Shown: one piece after another, positions 19,007 to 27,959 of the stretch
How the letters are laid out: every line of letters starts with the position of its first letter
How positions within the stretch are numbered: the first letter of the stretch is position 1
Assembly: GCA_019637855.1 (NCBI GenBank)
Contig: JAHBUX010000001.1
Span: forward strand, 145,337-209,336
Reading direction: 5' to 3'
Source: Bdellovibrionales bacterium
Lineage (GTDB): Bacteria > Bdellovibrionota > Bdellovibrionia > Bdellovibrionales > UBA1609
DNA: 64,000 bases
The notes under the pieces: model-generated
What the model saw: the letters and a program-made list of their open reading frames with translations, nothing else
What the model was told of the DNA's origin: nothing
The model's database searches: none
Position numbers and translations under genes: made by a program

Positions 19007-20502
19007 GACTGCCCCCAAGTGTGGGCCCACGGATTAGCTTCAATAGAACCTTGACCGCCAGTGCTGCCGCTTGAGGTCTCGGCCAGCTGGGCTGAGAGGG
19101 TTTGCAACATTTTGTTTTCGGATTCCGAGAATTCGGGGCGCGGCAATGCCTTGTTGAAGTGGGTTTCAAAAAAGCGCGTAGTCATCTTTCCACTCAGAAA
19201 TTCTTCGTGACTGAGAATCTGCTGCAGCAAGGGAATATTCGTATGCACTCCGAACACGATGGTGTCTTGCAAAGTACGCTTCATTTTTTGAATGGCGCGC
19301 ACGCGCGTTTCATCCCATACGATCACTTTGGCGATCATCGAGTCGTAGTGGCTCGTGACCTCATCACCAGCCTCGAAACCGACTTCAAAGCGGCGACCCG
19401 GGCCATGCGGCCAATCAGTGCCAAGCATGCGGCCAGTGCTGGGAATTCCGTTTTGATAAGGGTCTTCGGCGTAAAGGCGGCATTCGATGGCATGACCACG
19501 CGGTTGCAGATCTTTGGGCCAACCGGTGGACTCGCCCATTGCGGTCAGAATCTGCGCCTTTACCAAATCGACGCCCATAACTAGCTCGGTGACGGGATGC
19601 TCGACCTGAAGCCGCGTGTTCATTTCCATAAAATAAAACTGACCGTCTTGCAGTAGAAACTCGACCGTACCGGCGTTGCGGTAGCCGGCGCTCTCGGCGA
19701 GCTCACGCGCCGTTGCGGCGATTTGGCGACGCAAGTCTTCATCGAGCGACGGTGACAATGCTTCCTCGATGATCTTTTGATGACGCCGCTGAACCGAGCA
19801 CTCACGTTCCAGTAACGCCGTCACGTGACCGCTGGCATGACCGAACACTTGTACTTCGATGTGCTTGGCGTGATCGAGGTATTTTTCCAAGAAAACTTGC
19901 GAGGAACCAAATGCACTCTGCGCTTCGCGCTGAGCCGATTGAATCAGGTCTTGCGCTTCGAATGAGTTGCGGATGACTTTCAGTCCGCGGCCACCACCAC
20001 CAGCGGCGGCCTTGCAAATCACCGGATAACCAATGCGCTCGCACTCTTTCAGCAAACGATCCATACTTTGATCACCGCCCTGATACCCAGGGATCACCGG
20101 GCCACCCGCTTTTTCAACATGGGATTTGGCTGAGATCTTGTCACCGAACAAACGAATGTTGGCGCTGCTGGGACCTACGAACACCATGCCGGCATTAGTG
20201 ACCGCATCGGCGAAATCGGCATTCTCAGACAGAAAACCAAAGCCAGGATGAATGGCATCGGCACCGGCAGCCAGTGCACCTTGTACATTGGCTTGAATGT
20301 TCAAGTAGCTCGCGGCCGAAGGAGCCTCACCAATGCAAACCGTCTCATCAGCCATGCGTGCCGCCAACGTTCGCTCGTCCGCCGACGAGTGCAGAAGCAC
20401 CGTTTCAATACCGAGTTCTTGGCATGCGCGGATGATGCGCACGGCGACCTCGCCGCGATTGGCGATGGCCAGCTTTTCAAATCTGCGCGGCTTGGCCATC
20501 AT
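19003..20502 (-). CDS. liuD: biotin carboxylase subunit of methylcrotonyl-CoA carboxylase (alpha subunit lacking a BCCP domain)
   Basis: 499 aa. ATP-grasp motifs GYPVICKAAAGGGGRGLKV and EMNTRLQVEHPVTE. Ends ..NPWAHTWGQS without a biotinyl domain. Confidence 0.9.
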   Translation of the reverse strand: MMAKPRRFEKLAIANRGEVAVRIIRACQELGIETVLLHSSADERTLAARMADETVCIGEAPSAASYLNIQANVQGALAAGADAIHPGFGFLSENADFADAVTNAGMVFVGPSSANIRLFGDKISAKSHVEKAGGPVIPGYQGGDQSMDRLLKECERIGYPVICKAAAGGGGRGLKVIRNSFEAQDLIQSAQREAQSAFGSSQVFLEKYLDHAKHIEVQVFGHASGHVTALLERECSVQRRHQKIIEEALSPSLDEDLRRQIAATARELAESAGYRNAGTVEFLLQDGQFYFMEMNTRLQVEHPVTELVMGVDLVKAQILTAMGESTGWPKDLQPRGHAIECRLYAEDPYQNGIPSTGRMLGTDWPHGPGRRFEVGFEAGDEVTSHYDSMIAKVIVWDETRVRAIQKMKRTLQDTIVFGVHTNIPLLQQILSHEEFLSGKMTTRFFETHFNKALPRPEFSESENKMLQTLSAQLAETSSGSTGGQGSIEANPWAHTWGQS

Positions 20503-21283
20503 CGCTCCATTTGGGACTGCGTTTTTCCAGGAAAGCCTTCAAACCCTTTTGTCCCTCTTTGCTCACTCGGCGAGCGGCAATCAGCTTGGTGACTTTGGGG
20601 CGAGCTTGCTTCCAATTGATCGGAGAGTAAGACTGGTGCAGTTTTTTTGTTTCACGCAAAGCTTCGGGGGCGGCCGCCATCCACAACTTCAGCGTCTCTT
20701 CGATAAAGCCATCGACCTGATCGATGCTACCACTGAAATTAATCAAACCACCTTGAAGCGCTTCGCTGGCGTTAAAGACTTTCGCAGTGGTGAACCATTC
20801 GCGCACTTTCGCCGGGTGGGCGCGTTCACTCACGAAAGGGCTGATCACCGCCGGAACCAAGCCCCATTTCACTTCGGAAAAGCAAACTTGAGTTTTCTCT
20901 TCGGCCGCCACCACATCGCAAACGGCGGCCAGTCCGGCGCCGCCACCAAAGGCATGACCAAACACTTTGCCGATGACCGGCACTGGTGTGTTGCGAATGG
21001 TCCAATACATTTCAAACAGCTCTTCGGCGTCCTTCACGTTTTGCTTCAAAGTGTAGTCAGCCATGGATTTCATCCACTCAAGATCACCGCCGGAACAGAA
21101 GCTCTGTCCTTCGCCCGTCAGCAAGATGGCACGAACCGTTTTTTCTTTAGCGGCGACTTTAAAAGCCTTAGTGATCTCTTGAATCATTTCCGGGAAGAAG
21201 GCGTTACGTTTCTCTGGCCGGTTAAGCGAAATGGTACGTACACCCAGATTTTGTGTGACCTTTAACAAAGACATTTTGCTCAC
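20477..21283 (-). CDS. liuC: enoyl-CoA hydratase family (methylglutaconyl-CoA hydratase by context)
   Basis: Crotonase fold motifs ([26 protein letters not shown]). Positioned between the carboxylase subunits. The start is GTG 21283 (overlapping the liuB stop) or ATG 21274. Confidence 0.8.
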   Translation of the reverse strand: MSKMSLLKVTQNLGVRTISLNRPEKRNAFFPEMIQEITKAFKVAAKEKTVRAILLTGEGQSFCSGGDLEWMKSMADYTLKQNVKDAEELFEMYWTIRNTPVPVIGKVFGHAFGGGAGLAAVCDVVAAEEKTQVCFSEVKWGLVPAVISPFVSERAHPAKVREWFTTAKVFNASEALQGGLINFSGSIDQVDGFIEETLKLWMAAAPEALRETKKLHQSYSPINWKQARPKVTKLIAARRVSKEGQKGLKAFLEKRSPKWSDDGQAAQI

Positions 21284-22887
21284 ATCCTAAAGACGCCCTT
21301 GGTCTTATCAGGCCAAGGTTTGTTGAAAGAGGCATGCAACGCCAGGCTTAAAACTTTGCGCGTGTCCGCCGGATCAATAATGCCGTCATCCCATAGACGA
21401 GCGGTGGAAAAATAAGCCGAGCTTTCGCGCTCGTACTTCTCAAGCGTGGGGCGTTTGAATTCCGCCGCCTCTTTCTCGTTCATGCTTTGGCCTTTGGCCT
21501 TGAGCTGATCCTGTTTTACTGTCAGCAAAACATTCGCTGCCTGCTCGCCGCCCATCACCGAGATGCGCGCATTGGGCCACATCCACATGAAGCGCGGTTG
21601 ATAGGCGCGGCCGCACATACCGTAGTTACCGGCGCCAAAAGAGCCACCAATCACCACCGTGTACTTGGGCACCCGCGCGTTGCTGACCGCCATCACCATT
21701 TTAGCGCCATGCTTGGCGATACCTTCGTTTTCATATTTTTTGCCGACCATAAAACCAGTGATGTTTTGCAAGAAGACCAAAGGAATCATGCGCTGATCAC
21801 ACAGCTCAACAAAGTGTGCCGCCTTTTGCGCCGACTCACTGAACAGTACGCCGTTGTTAGCCACGATACCGACTGGGTAACCAAAAATATGCGCAAAACC
21901 GGTGACCAGAGTGTTGCCATAGCTAGCTTTGAACTCGTGAAAGCGACTGCCGTCCACCAAACGTGCGATCACCTCACGCACGTCGTACGGCACTTTGGGG
22001 TCCTTAGGAATCACACCGTACAGATCCGCCGTTGGATACAAAGGCTCTTCCGGAGTTTCGATGGCGTAAGGAACAAAACGACGTTGCGGGATCTGCGCCA
22101 CGATATCGCGCGCGATCTCCAACGCCTCTTGATCATCGTTGGCAAAATGATCGGTCACGCCACTCACTTCACAGTGGACTTCGGCACCGCCCAACTCTTG
22201 CGCAGTCACTTCTTCGCCGGTGGCCGCTTTGACCAGGGGTGGGCCGCCAAGGAAGATGGTGCCGTTCTCTTTGACAATCACGTTCTCATCGCTCATGGCG
22301 GGAACGTAAGCGCCGCCCGCTGTGCAGCTGCCCATCACAATCGAGATTTGCGAAATCCCCGCCGCCGACAAGCGCGCTTGGTTGTAGAAGATGCGACCGA
22401 AGTGGTCGCGATCGGGGAACACTTCGGATTGCAGCGGCAAGAAAGCGCCACCACTATCGACTAAATACAAACAGGGTAAGCCGTTTTCATAGGCGATCTC
22501 TTGCGCGCGAAGATGTTTTTTTACGGTCATCGGAAAGTACGTGCCGCCCTTGACCGTGGCATCGTTGGCCACGATCACACACTCGCGCCCTTGCACAACC
22601 GCAAGTCCCGTCACCACGCCCGCACCCGGGGCATCGCCGTCGTACATGTCATTGGCTGCTAAAGACGAGAACTCTAAAAACTCTGTGCCGGGATCGATCA
22701 GCGCCTGAATGCGTTCACGGGCGAGAAGTTTACCACGCGATTTGTGTCGAGCCGCGGCTTCGGCGCCACCACCCTGACGGGCTTGGCTCTGTTTAGCGAG
22801 GAAACTGTCGGTGAGCTCTTTTAAAGCGGCACGATTGGCGACAAAGCTTTGCGATTGCGGAGAGATGCGTGTTTCAAGGATGGCCAT
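21280..22887 (-). CDS. liuB: methylcrotonyl-CoA carboxylase beta (carboxyltransferase) subunit
   Basis: 535 aa with a two-domain carboxyltransferase ([27 protein letters not shown]) and liu operon context. Confidence 0.9.
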   Translation of the reverse strand: MAILETRISPQSQSFVANRAALKELTDSFLAKQSQARQGGGAEAAARHKSRGKLLARERIQALIDPGTEFLEFSSLAANDMYDGDAPGAGVVTGLAVVQGRECVIVANDATVKGGTYFPMTVKKHLRAQEIAYENGLPCLYLVDSGGAFLPLQSEVFPDRDHFGRIFYNQARLSAAGISQISIVMGSCTAGGAYVPAMSDENVIVKENGTIFLGGPPLVKAATGEEVTAQELGGAEVHCEVSGVTDHFANDDQEALEIARDIVAQIPQRRFVPYAIETPEEPLYPTADLYGVIPKDPKVPYDVREVIARLVDGSRFHEFKASYGNTLVTGFAHIFGYPVGIVANNGVLFSESAQKAAHFVELCDQRMIPLVFLQNITGFMVGKKYENEGIAKHGAKMVMAVSNARVPKYTVVIGGSFGAGNYGMCGRAYQPRFMWMWPNARISVMGGEQAANVLLTVKQDQLKAKGQSMNEKEAAEFKRPTLEKYERESSAYFSTARLWDDGIIDPADTRKVLSLALHASFNKPWPDKTKGVFRM

Positions 22888-22899
22888 CCACCATCTGTA

Positions 22900-23418
22900 T
22901 TATGCAGGCAACAATTTCTCAAGCTGAAAGGCCACCTGAAAAGTGAAGGTGGCGGCAACGCGGCCGTCGGCCAAGTAGGAGTGAAACACAAACTCCGACT
23001 CACCTTGTGAATGGCTCGCCAATTCCAGACGCAGGCGCTCCCATTCCTCGAAGGCGATAGCAAACTTGTAATCGACCGCTTGATCCAGGGCATGGTGGAC
23101 CTCCACCCGACTGCCTCTGATTCGGTAACGGAAAGGAAACTCCTGGCGATAGCGCAGCAGCAGCAAACGCAGAGTCAGTTCGGCTCCCAAGAGGAGATGC
23201 CCCTGGCAAAGTTCGCCATCCACGGAGGTGCGTAAAGAAAAAGGCAGATGTACACAAGCCTGGCGGTCGGTCCACTCTTTGATGGACAAGCCTGAAAACC
23301 AAAATGGCCAGTCGGCCGCCCGGCGAGCCATCTGACGCGAGAGCCAAGGACTGACTTTTTGCACCTGTTCGATCACGCCCAGGAAAGTGTCCCACCCTAT
23401 GTATTTGTTGTGCCGCAT
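22900..23418 (-). CDS. hypothetical protein (possibly hot-dog-fold/thioesterase-like), first gene of the liu transcription unit
   Basis: 172-aa ORF ending 12 nt upstream of liuB. The fold guess is based only on size and pattern. Confidence 0.5.
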   Translation of the reverse strand: MRHNKYIGWDTFLGVIEQVQKVSPWLSRQMARRAADWPFWFSGLSIKEWTDRQACVHLPFSLRTSVDGELCQGHLLLGAELTLRLLLLRYRQEFPFRYRIRGSRVEVHHALDQAVDYKFAIAFEEWERLRLELASHSQGESEFVFHSYLADGRVAATFTFQVAFQLEKLLPA

Positions 23419-23457
23419 TTATTTCTCCGCTAGGATTCCCATTGAATTTAAATCTTC

Positions 23458-23943
23458 ATGAGGTCGCCGCAAATGAAAATAGTGAGTGTGATCTTCTTCG
23501 CTCTAGCGTTAACGGGCACATGGTTTCTAGCGCATGCCAACAAACCCGTAGCGGAGTCAGTTCACATCGGCATTCAGAACGACCTGAAGCGCATCATCAC
23601 TGAATATGTGCAGAAAAACCTTCCCGAAAGCAAGAACCTACGCTTCACCAAATTTTGGACAGAGACCCTGAAAAACGACAAAGTGAAGGCCTACTTCCTC
23701 TATTCGTTTGAAGACACCACCGAAGAAGGTGAACCCGCCGAAGTTGAGATCGATGGTTCAGCTATCTTGAACAAGGTGGACGAAACAGCCGAGAACTCCA
23801 CTTGGAGTTTCGACGAATTGCAGATCCTCGACACCAAGGTCCGCTTCAACGAACCCATTCAGATCAATGCCCGCGCCGGTGAGTTGGAAAGCCAACAGCC
23901 TGCCCAAGAAGAAAAAAAAGAAGACCATAAGGAGCAGCACTAA
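23458..23943 (+). CDS. hypothetical exported/anchored protein with acidic C-terminus
   Basis: 161 aa with an N-terminal hydrophobic segment (IVSVIFFALALTGTWFLAHA) and a Glu/Lys-rich tail. Confidence 0.55.
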   Translation: MRSPQMKIVSVIFFALALTGTWFLAHANKPVAESVHIGIQNDLKRIITEYVQKNLPESKNLRFTKFWTETLKNDKVKAYFLYSFEDTTEEGEPAEVEIDGSAILNKVDETAENSTWSFDELQILDTKVRFNEPIQINARAGELESQQPAQEEKKEDHKEQH

Positions 23944-23946
23944 CGG

Positions 23947-24984
23947 ATGTCTACCGATCGCTATCTGCCAATTGACGAAGAGGGGTATTTTGTCTTCGAC
24001 GGACGGCGGGTGGACGATGAGGAGCTGGGACGCCTGTTGCTCAACAATATCAAACCGGCCGACGCCAATGCTTACGTCACATCGATGGATGGACAAGAGG
24101 CCTGGGTCGAAGCCTTCGATGCCCCGTTGATCGCGCGCCATGTGCGCTTTGCCCCTGACGGCAAAAGCGGTGAAATCGACCTGGCCTATCACAGCCAAGC
24201 ACGTTTTGATTTTTCCACTTTGAGCGTGGATGAGTGGGATCGCTTTCATGGCTTTACCCAATCTGGGATTCCCTTTGTATTTTCACGCGGAGCTCAAGTG
24301 GAGTTCTTTGATCTGCTCGACAGCTTCGACGACGATTCCGTGACCGTAAAGGGCACGCGCTTTGAGGTGCCACCGTGGCTCGCCTCGTTTCCGGAAGCCA
24401 GCACGGCCAAATTTTGGAACGACATTTATCAAAGTCCCGAGCAGCCCTGGGAGTTAAATGGCGAAACCCCGGTGCTGACCTATGTGTTGCCACAACTGAA
24501 GCTGAGCAAAGCGAGAGTTTTGGTTTTGGGATCGGGTGCCGGTCACGATGCAGCGTACTTGGCCCGCCAAGGTCACGCCGTGACCGCAGTGGATATGAGT
24601 TCCGATGCGATTCAAAAAGCCAAGCAAGCCTACGGCGCCATTGAAAACCTAAAGTTTGTGCAGGCCGATGCCTTTGCTCTGCCTCAAGAATGGAATGGCA
24701 AATTCGATCTCGTATTTGAACACACCTGCTATTGCGCCATCACACCGGATCGACGCAACGAACTGGTGAGCGCGTGGCGCCGCATGCTGCATTCACAAGG
24801 TCATCTGCTAGGCGTATTTTTTGTCATGGAAAAACGCGGGGGCCCGGCCTTCGGTGGCAGCGAATGGGAAGTGCGTGAGCGTCTGCGCAAGAATTTCGAC
24901 TTCCTATTCTGGACGCGCTGGCACGCTTCGATCGAACGCCGCAAGAGCAAAGAGCTTGTGGTGTACGCCAAGAAAAAATCCTAA
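23947..24984 (+). CDS. two-domain protein: DUF1285-like N-terminal domain fused to a TPMT-like SAM methyltransferase
   Basis: C-terminal half: VLVLGSGAGHDAAYLARQGHAVTAVDMS, DLVFEHTCYCAI. N-terminal half: GYFVFDGRRVDDEELGRLLLNNI...VEAFDAPLIARHV. Confidence 0.65.
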   Translation: MSTDRYLPIDEEGYFVFDGRRVDDEELGRLLLNNIKPADANAYVTSMDGQEAWVEAFDAPLIARHVRFAPDGKSGEIDLAYHSQARFDFSTLSVDEWDRFHGFTQSGIPFVFSRGAQVEFFDLLDSFDDDSVTVKGTRFEVPPWLASFPEASTAKFWNDIYQSPEQPWELNGETPVLTYVLPQLKLSKARVLVLGSGAGHDAAYLARQGHAVTAVDMSSDAIQKAKQAYGAIENLKFVQADAFALPQEWNGKFDLVFEHTCYCAITPDRRNELVSAWRRMLHSQGHLLGVFFVMEKRGGPAFGGSEWEVRERLRKNFDFLFWTRWHASIERRKSKELVVYAKKKS

Positions 24985-25093
24985 CTCTCCAGGTACACCA
25001 ACCTTCGTCCAGTTCTAAACTGGAACCAAGGGTGCATGCTTGTTCACGCCTTAGGTCCGGAGAGATGATTTCCCTCTACATCTTGGAGGATGC

Positions 25094-26602
25094 ATGCGGA
25101 TTTTTATCTTAATGGCCGTATTGGCAGTGGCTCCTTATGCCGGTGCCCAAGTGAACATTGAAAAACTGAATCAGATTCTCAAGAAAAGCGATGCTCAGTG
25201 GGTGGCCAAATCCACTCCGATCTCGCAGCTAAGTGCCGCGGAGGCGCGACTGCGGATGGGACTGCCGATGCAAGAAAGCTCGGTTGAGTTTCAACTTCCT
25301 GCAGTGAAATCGCTAACTCATCTGCCCCCTCGTCTGGACTGGCGTGAAAAAGACGGCGGCAACTGGGTCACCCCCATCCTGGATCAAGGTCAGTGCGGAA
25401 GCTGCGTGGCCTTCGCCACCATCGGTGTTTTGGAAACACAAACGCGTATCGCCACCGGATTTTCCGGCTTCAATGTGCGCCTGTCTCCGCAACATGCCTT
25501 TGCTTGCGGTGGCGGCGCCTGTCAGTTCGGATGGTTTCCTGAAGTGGCCGCCCGCTACTTGCAACGCAGCGGTGTTCCGGATGAAGCTTGCATGCCTTAT
25601 ACATCCGGCGCCACTGGCGTCGACCTGGCCTGCAACTCCGCTTGCTCGGACAGCAACGCCCGCAGCGTGAAACTGGCGTCTTACAGCACACCTACTCGCA
25701 GCGCCAAAAACATCGAAGCGGCTAAACAAGCCCTGCAAAACGGCCCGTTAGTCACAACGTTAATGGTTTACGAAGACTTTATGGCCTACGCGAGCGGTGT
25801 TTACAAGCACACTACGGGCGAGATGATGGGCGGTCACGCGATCTCCATCGTCGGCTACGACGACAATCTGCGCGCCTTCGCCATCCGCAATAGCTGGGGC
25901 GAGACGTGGGGTGAAAAAGGTTTCGGTTGGGTAAGCTACGACGACCTCTCGGGTGTGGGCGATTCGACTTGGAGCTACAATGTTGCACCCATCACCGGCG
26001 GTGTTACAGTGCAATCACCGGTGGACTGGTCCTATGCGAGCGGCGTGACCAGCTTGCAAGCGCAATCCACGTTTAGCGGCACCGATAGCATGATGCTAGT
26101 GATCGACAACAACAGCACGGGCAGTCTGAGCAAGCAGTCTTGCTCCACAGTTCCGCATTGCGCGCAGGATTTCGACACCACTCAATGGCCCGACGGACGT
26201 TATGAGATTTATGCCATTGCTTTTGACAGCAACGGCCGTGAGTTGGGTAAATCACATCGCCAGTTCTTTTACATCTCGAACACTACCCCCACTTTGAGCC
26301 TATCGTTCAGCGGCAACAAGGGTTTGGATCTCTCGCGCCCTTTGCGTGAACGGGTGGAGATCTTGGTGTCCGCCTCGTCCTCCACGGTGCCGATGAACTC
26401 GGCCGAATTCCACTATCGCGGCGCCGATGGCGTCGTTCATTCGCGCACGGCTTCCGTGGTAGTCAATGGCATGATCATGGGTTGGCGCACCACTTTAGTG
26501 CCCAACGGTTCCTATGAGATTTGGATGACGGGCCGTTTGAAAACAGCCACACAAGAGACTGTGGTTGAAAGTGCCCACATGACCGTACAAGTCGCCAACT
26601 AA
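25094..26602 (+). CDS. secreted papain-family (C1A) cysteine protease with C-terminal Ig-like domains
   Basis: GGAGG RBS and a signal peptide. Catalytic Cys motif DQGQCGSCVAFA, His motif GGHAISIVGYDD, Asn/Trp motif RNSWGETWGEKGF, and a ~200-aa beta-rich C-terminus. Confidence 0.85.
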   Translation: MRIFILMAVLAVAPYAGAQVNIEKLNQILKKSDAQWVAKSTPISQLSAAEARLRMGLPMQESSVEFQLPAVKSLTHLPPRLDWREKDGGNWVTPILDQGQCGSCVAFATIGVLETQTRIATGFSGFNVRLSPQHAFACGGGACQFGWFPEVAARYLQRSGVPDEACMPYTSGATGVDLACNSACSDSNARSVKLASYSTPTRSAKNIEAAKQALQNGPLVTTLMVYEDFMAYASGVYKHTTGEMMGGHAISIVGYDDNLRAFAIRNSWGETWGEKGFGWVSYDDLSGVGDSTWSYNVAPITGGVTVQSPVDWSYASGVTSLQAQSTFSGTDSMMLVIDNNSTGSLSKQSCSTVPHCAQDFDTTQWPDGRYEIYAIAFDSNGRELGKSHRQFFYISNTTPTLSLSFSGNKGLDLSRPLRERVEILVSASSSTVPMNSAEFHYRGADGVVHSRTASVVVNGMIMGWRTTLVPNGSYEIWMTGRLKTATQETVVESAHMTVQVAN

Positions 26603-27294
26603 CGCGACGGAATCACACTGGCCGGCAGGCGGGAGGCAGCCCGCGGCCGGCCCTCCTTCGGACCGATCACGATCATCTCCAACACATCTAAATTGTGCTT
26701 CAGGTTGCGGGCCAAACCCGGAGTTTTACGACTAATATGCTCGCAGTTTTCCATTTTGTGCTTGTTCATTTGATCGCGTTTCACACGCCCATCAGTGATA
26801 GCCGTAAGCGTGTTCTCTGAGGTTTCGTAAATCGCATACTCTAAGTTCGGCAGCATATAGTCGGCTTTGCGCACCGACGCGAGATCATAATCGAGTTCAT
26901 CACGGCCAATTGGCGGTTTGTCAGCGGAAAAATCAAAGTAACGCGAGCGAAATACACCATCGTGCACGTAGCTGAGATAGAAAATTTTAGGCTTCGGCGA
27001 AGATTGCGTAGGCAATTGAAAGCGCAAGCGGTTGACCCCAGCATTGGGCAAAGCCAAAGTATAAGTTCCTGAACCGGCGCTTAAGATTAGAAACTTGCCT
27101 CCGCCTTGTACTTCGGTGGAAGTGAAGACCAAAGGGCCTTCGCTAAATACGGGGCCGACTTGCTGCCCGCGCTCGACAATGGTCGAGACATTGCGGGCGC
27201 AGATGTAAGATAGAAGTTCATCGGAGTTAGTTTGCGCGGCGACAGAAGTGGCGACAGCAAATGTCAGAAGAAAAGCGGTTAACTTAAGCACCAT
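26599..27294 (-). CDS. hypothetical secreted protein
   Basis: 231 aa with a signal peptide (LTAFLLTFAVATSVAAQ). Confidence 0.55.
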   Translation of the reverse strand: MVLKLTAFLLTFAVATSVAAQTNSDELLSYICARNVSTIVERGQQVGPVFSEGPLVFTSTEVQGGGKFLILSAGSGTYTLALPNAGVNRLRFQLPTQSSPKPKIFYLSYVHDGVFRSRYFDFSADKPPIGRDELDYDLASVRKADYMLPNLEYAIYETSENTLTAITDGRVKRDQMNKHKMENCEHISRKTPGLARNLKHNLDVLEMIVIGPKEGRPRAASRLPASVIPSR

Positions 27295-27446
27295 CGGTTA
27301 GCCAGTCCTTTCGATCCCCTTTGGTCACCCGCTCTCACCACTTGAACATTACAAATGTGAGTCCATATCACGGCCAACGGAGAGTCATTTCAAGGCAGGG
27401 ACCTGTCTAAAGGTTGGTGGTCCGTCAATTTAGATGACCTGAAAGC

Positions 27447-27959
27447 TTGCTCGGCCTTATCCTAGACAGGATGTCTAGCCAATCTGCTCCCTCGCAAGGA
27501 ATGCAAGCCGTTCCCCCGCCGCCAGAAAAGCACAAGCGCAGCACTGTGCTGCAAATGATGAACAATGCGGGACGACAGTTCTGGGGGCAGTTGGCGGTGG
27601 CGATCTTGTTCCTGCTTCCGGTGGTAGGAGTTTACGCCGGTCATCTCTTATATAAAGTGATGGGCGAAATCATGGCCTTGCCGATCGATGCCGCCGCCGC
27701 CGAACATGTGGTGCACGAGCTGCGCTCGGTGGGCTTTCTGTTTTTAAGCGTGATTATCTTGCTCTGTTTGCTAGGGATCTACTTCATTATTTTCTTGTCC
27801 GTGCGCGTGTACGGTCCACAGGTCGCACTTTTACGCTTTATTGAGCAGATGAAACAGGGCAACTACACGCCCTATCGAAATTTGCGCAAAGACGATCAGC
27901 TCAAAGAGATCTGGCAAGCTCTGCAAGAGCTTGCCGCCTCCCTAAAACGTCGCGGTTAG
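27447..27959 (+). CDS. small membrane protein with HAMP-like C-terminal helix
   Basis: Two TM helices followed by FIEQMKQGNYTPYRNLRKDDQLKEIWQALQELAASL. The start is uncertain (TTG 27447 or ATG 27471). Confidence 0.45.
   Translation: MLGLILDRMSSQSAPSQGMQAVPPPPEKHKRSTVLQMMNNAGRQFWGQLAVAILFLLPVVGVYAGHLLYKVMGEIMALPIDAAAAEHVVHELRSVGFLFLSVIILLCLLGIYFIIFLSVRVYGPQVALLRFIEQMKQGNYTPYRNLRKDDQLKEIWQALQELAASLKRRG

Noticed and set aside
18987-19030. The 132-aa ORF start at 19030, and the idea that the BC/BCCP break is simply a dead pseudogene.
   Set aside because: An in-frame ATG at 19006 forms an exact ATGA stop/start overlap with the upstream gene, and the same junction type recurs twice more in this operon. 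Both ORFs are otherwise intact. I therefore report it as a split gene. A sequencing indel cannot be excluded; this is flagged in the findings.
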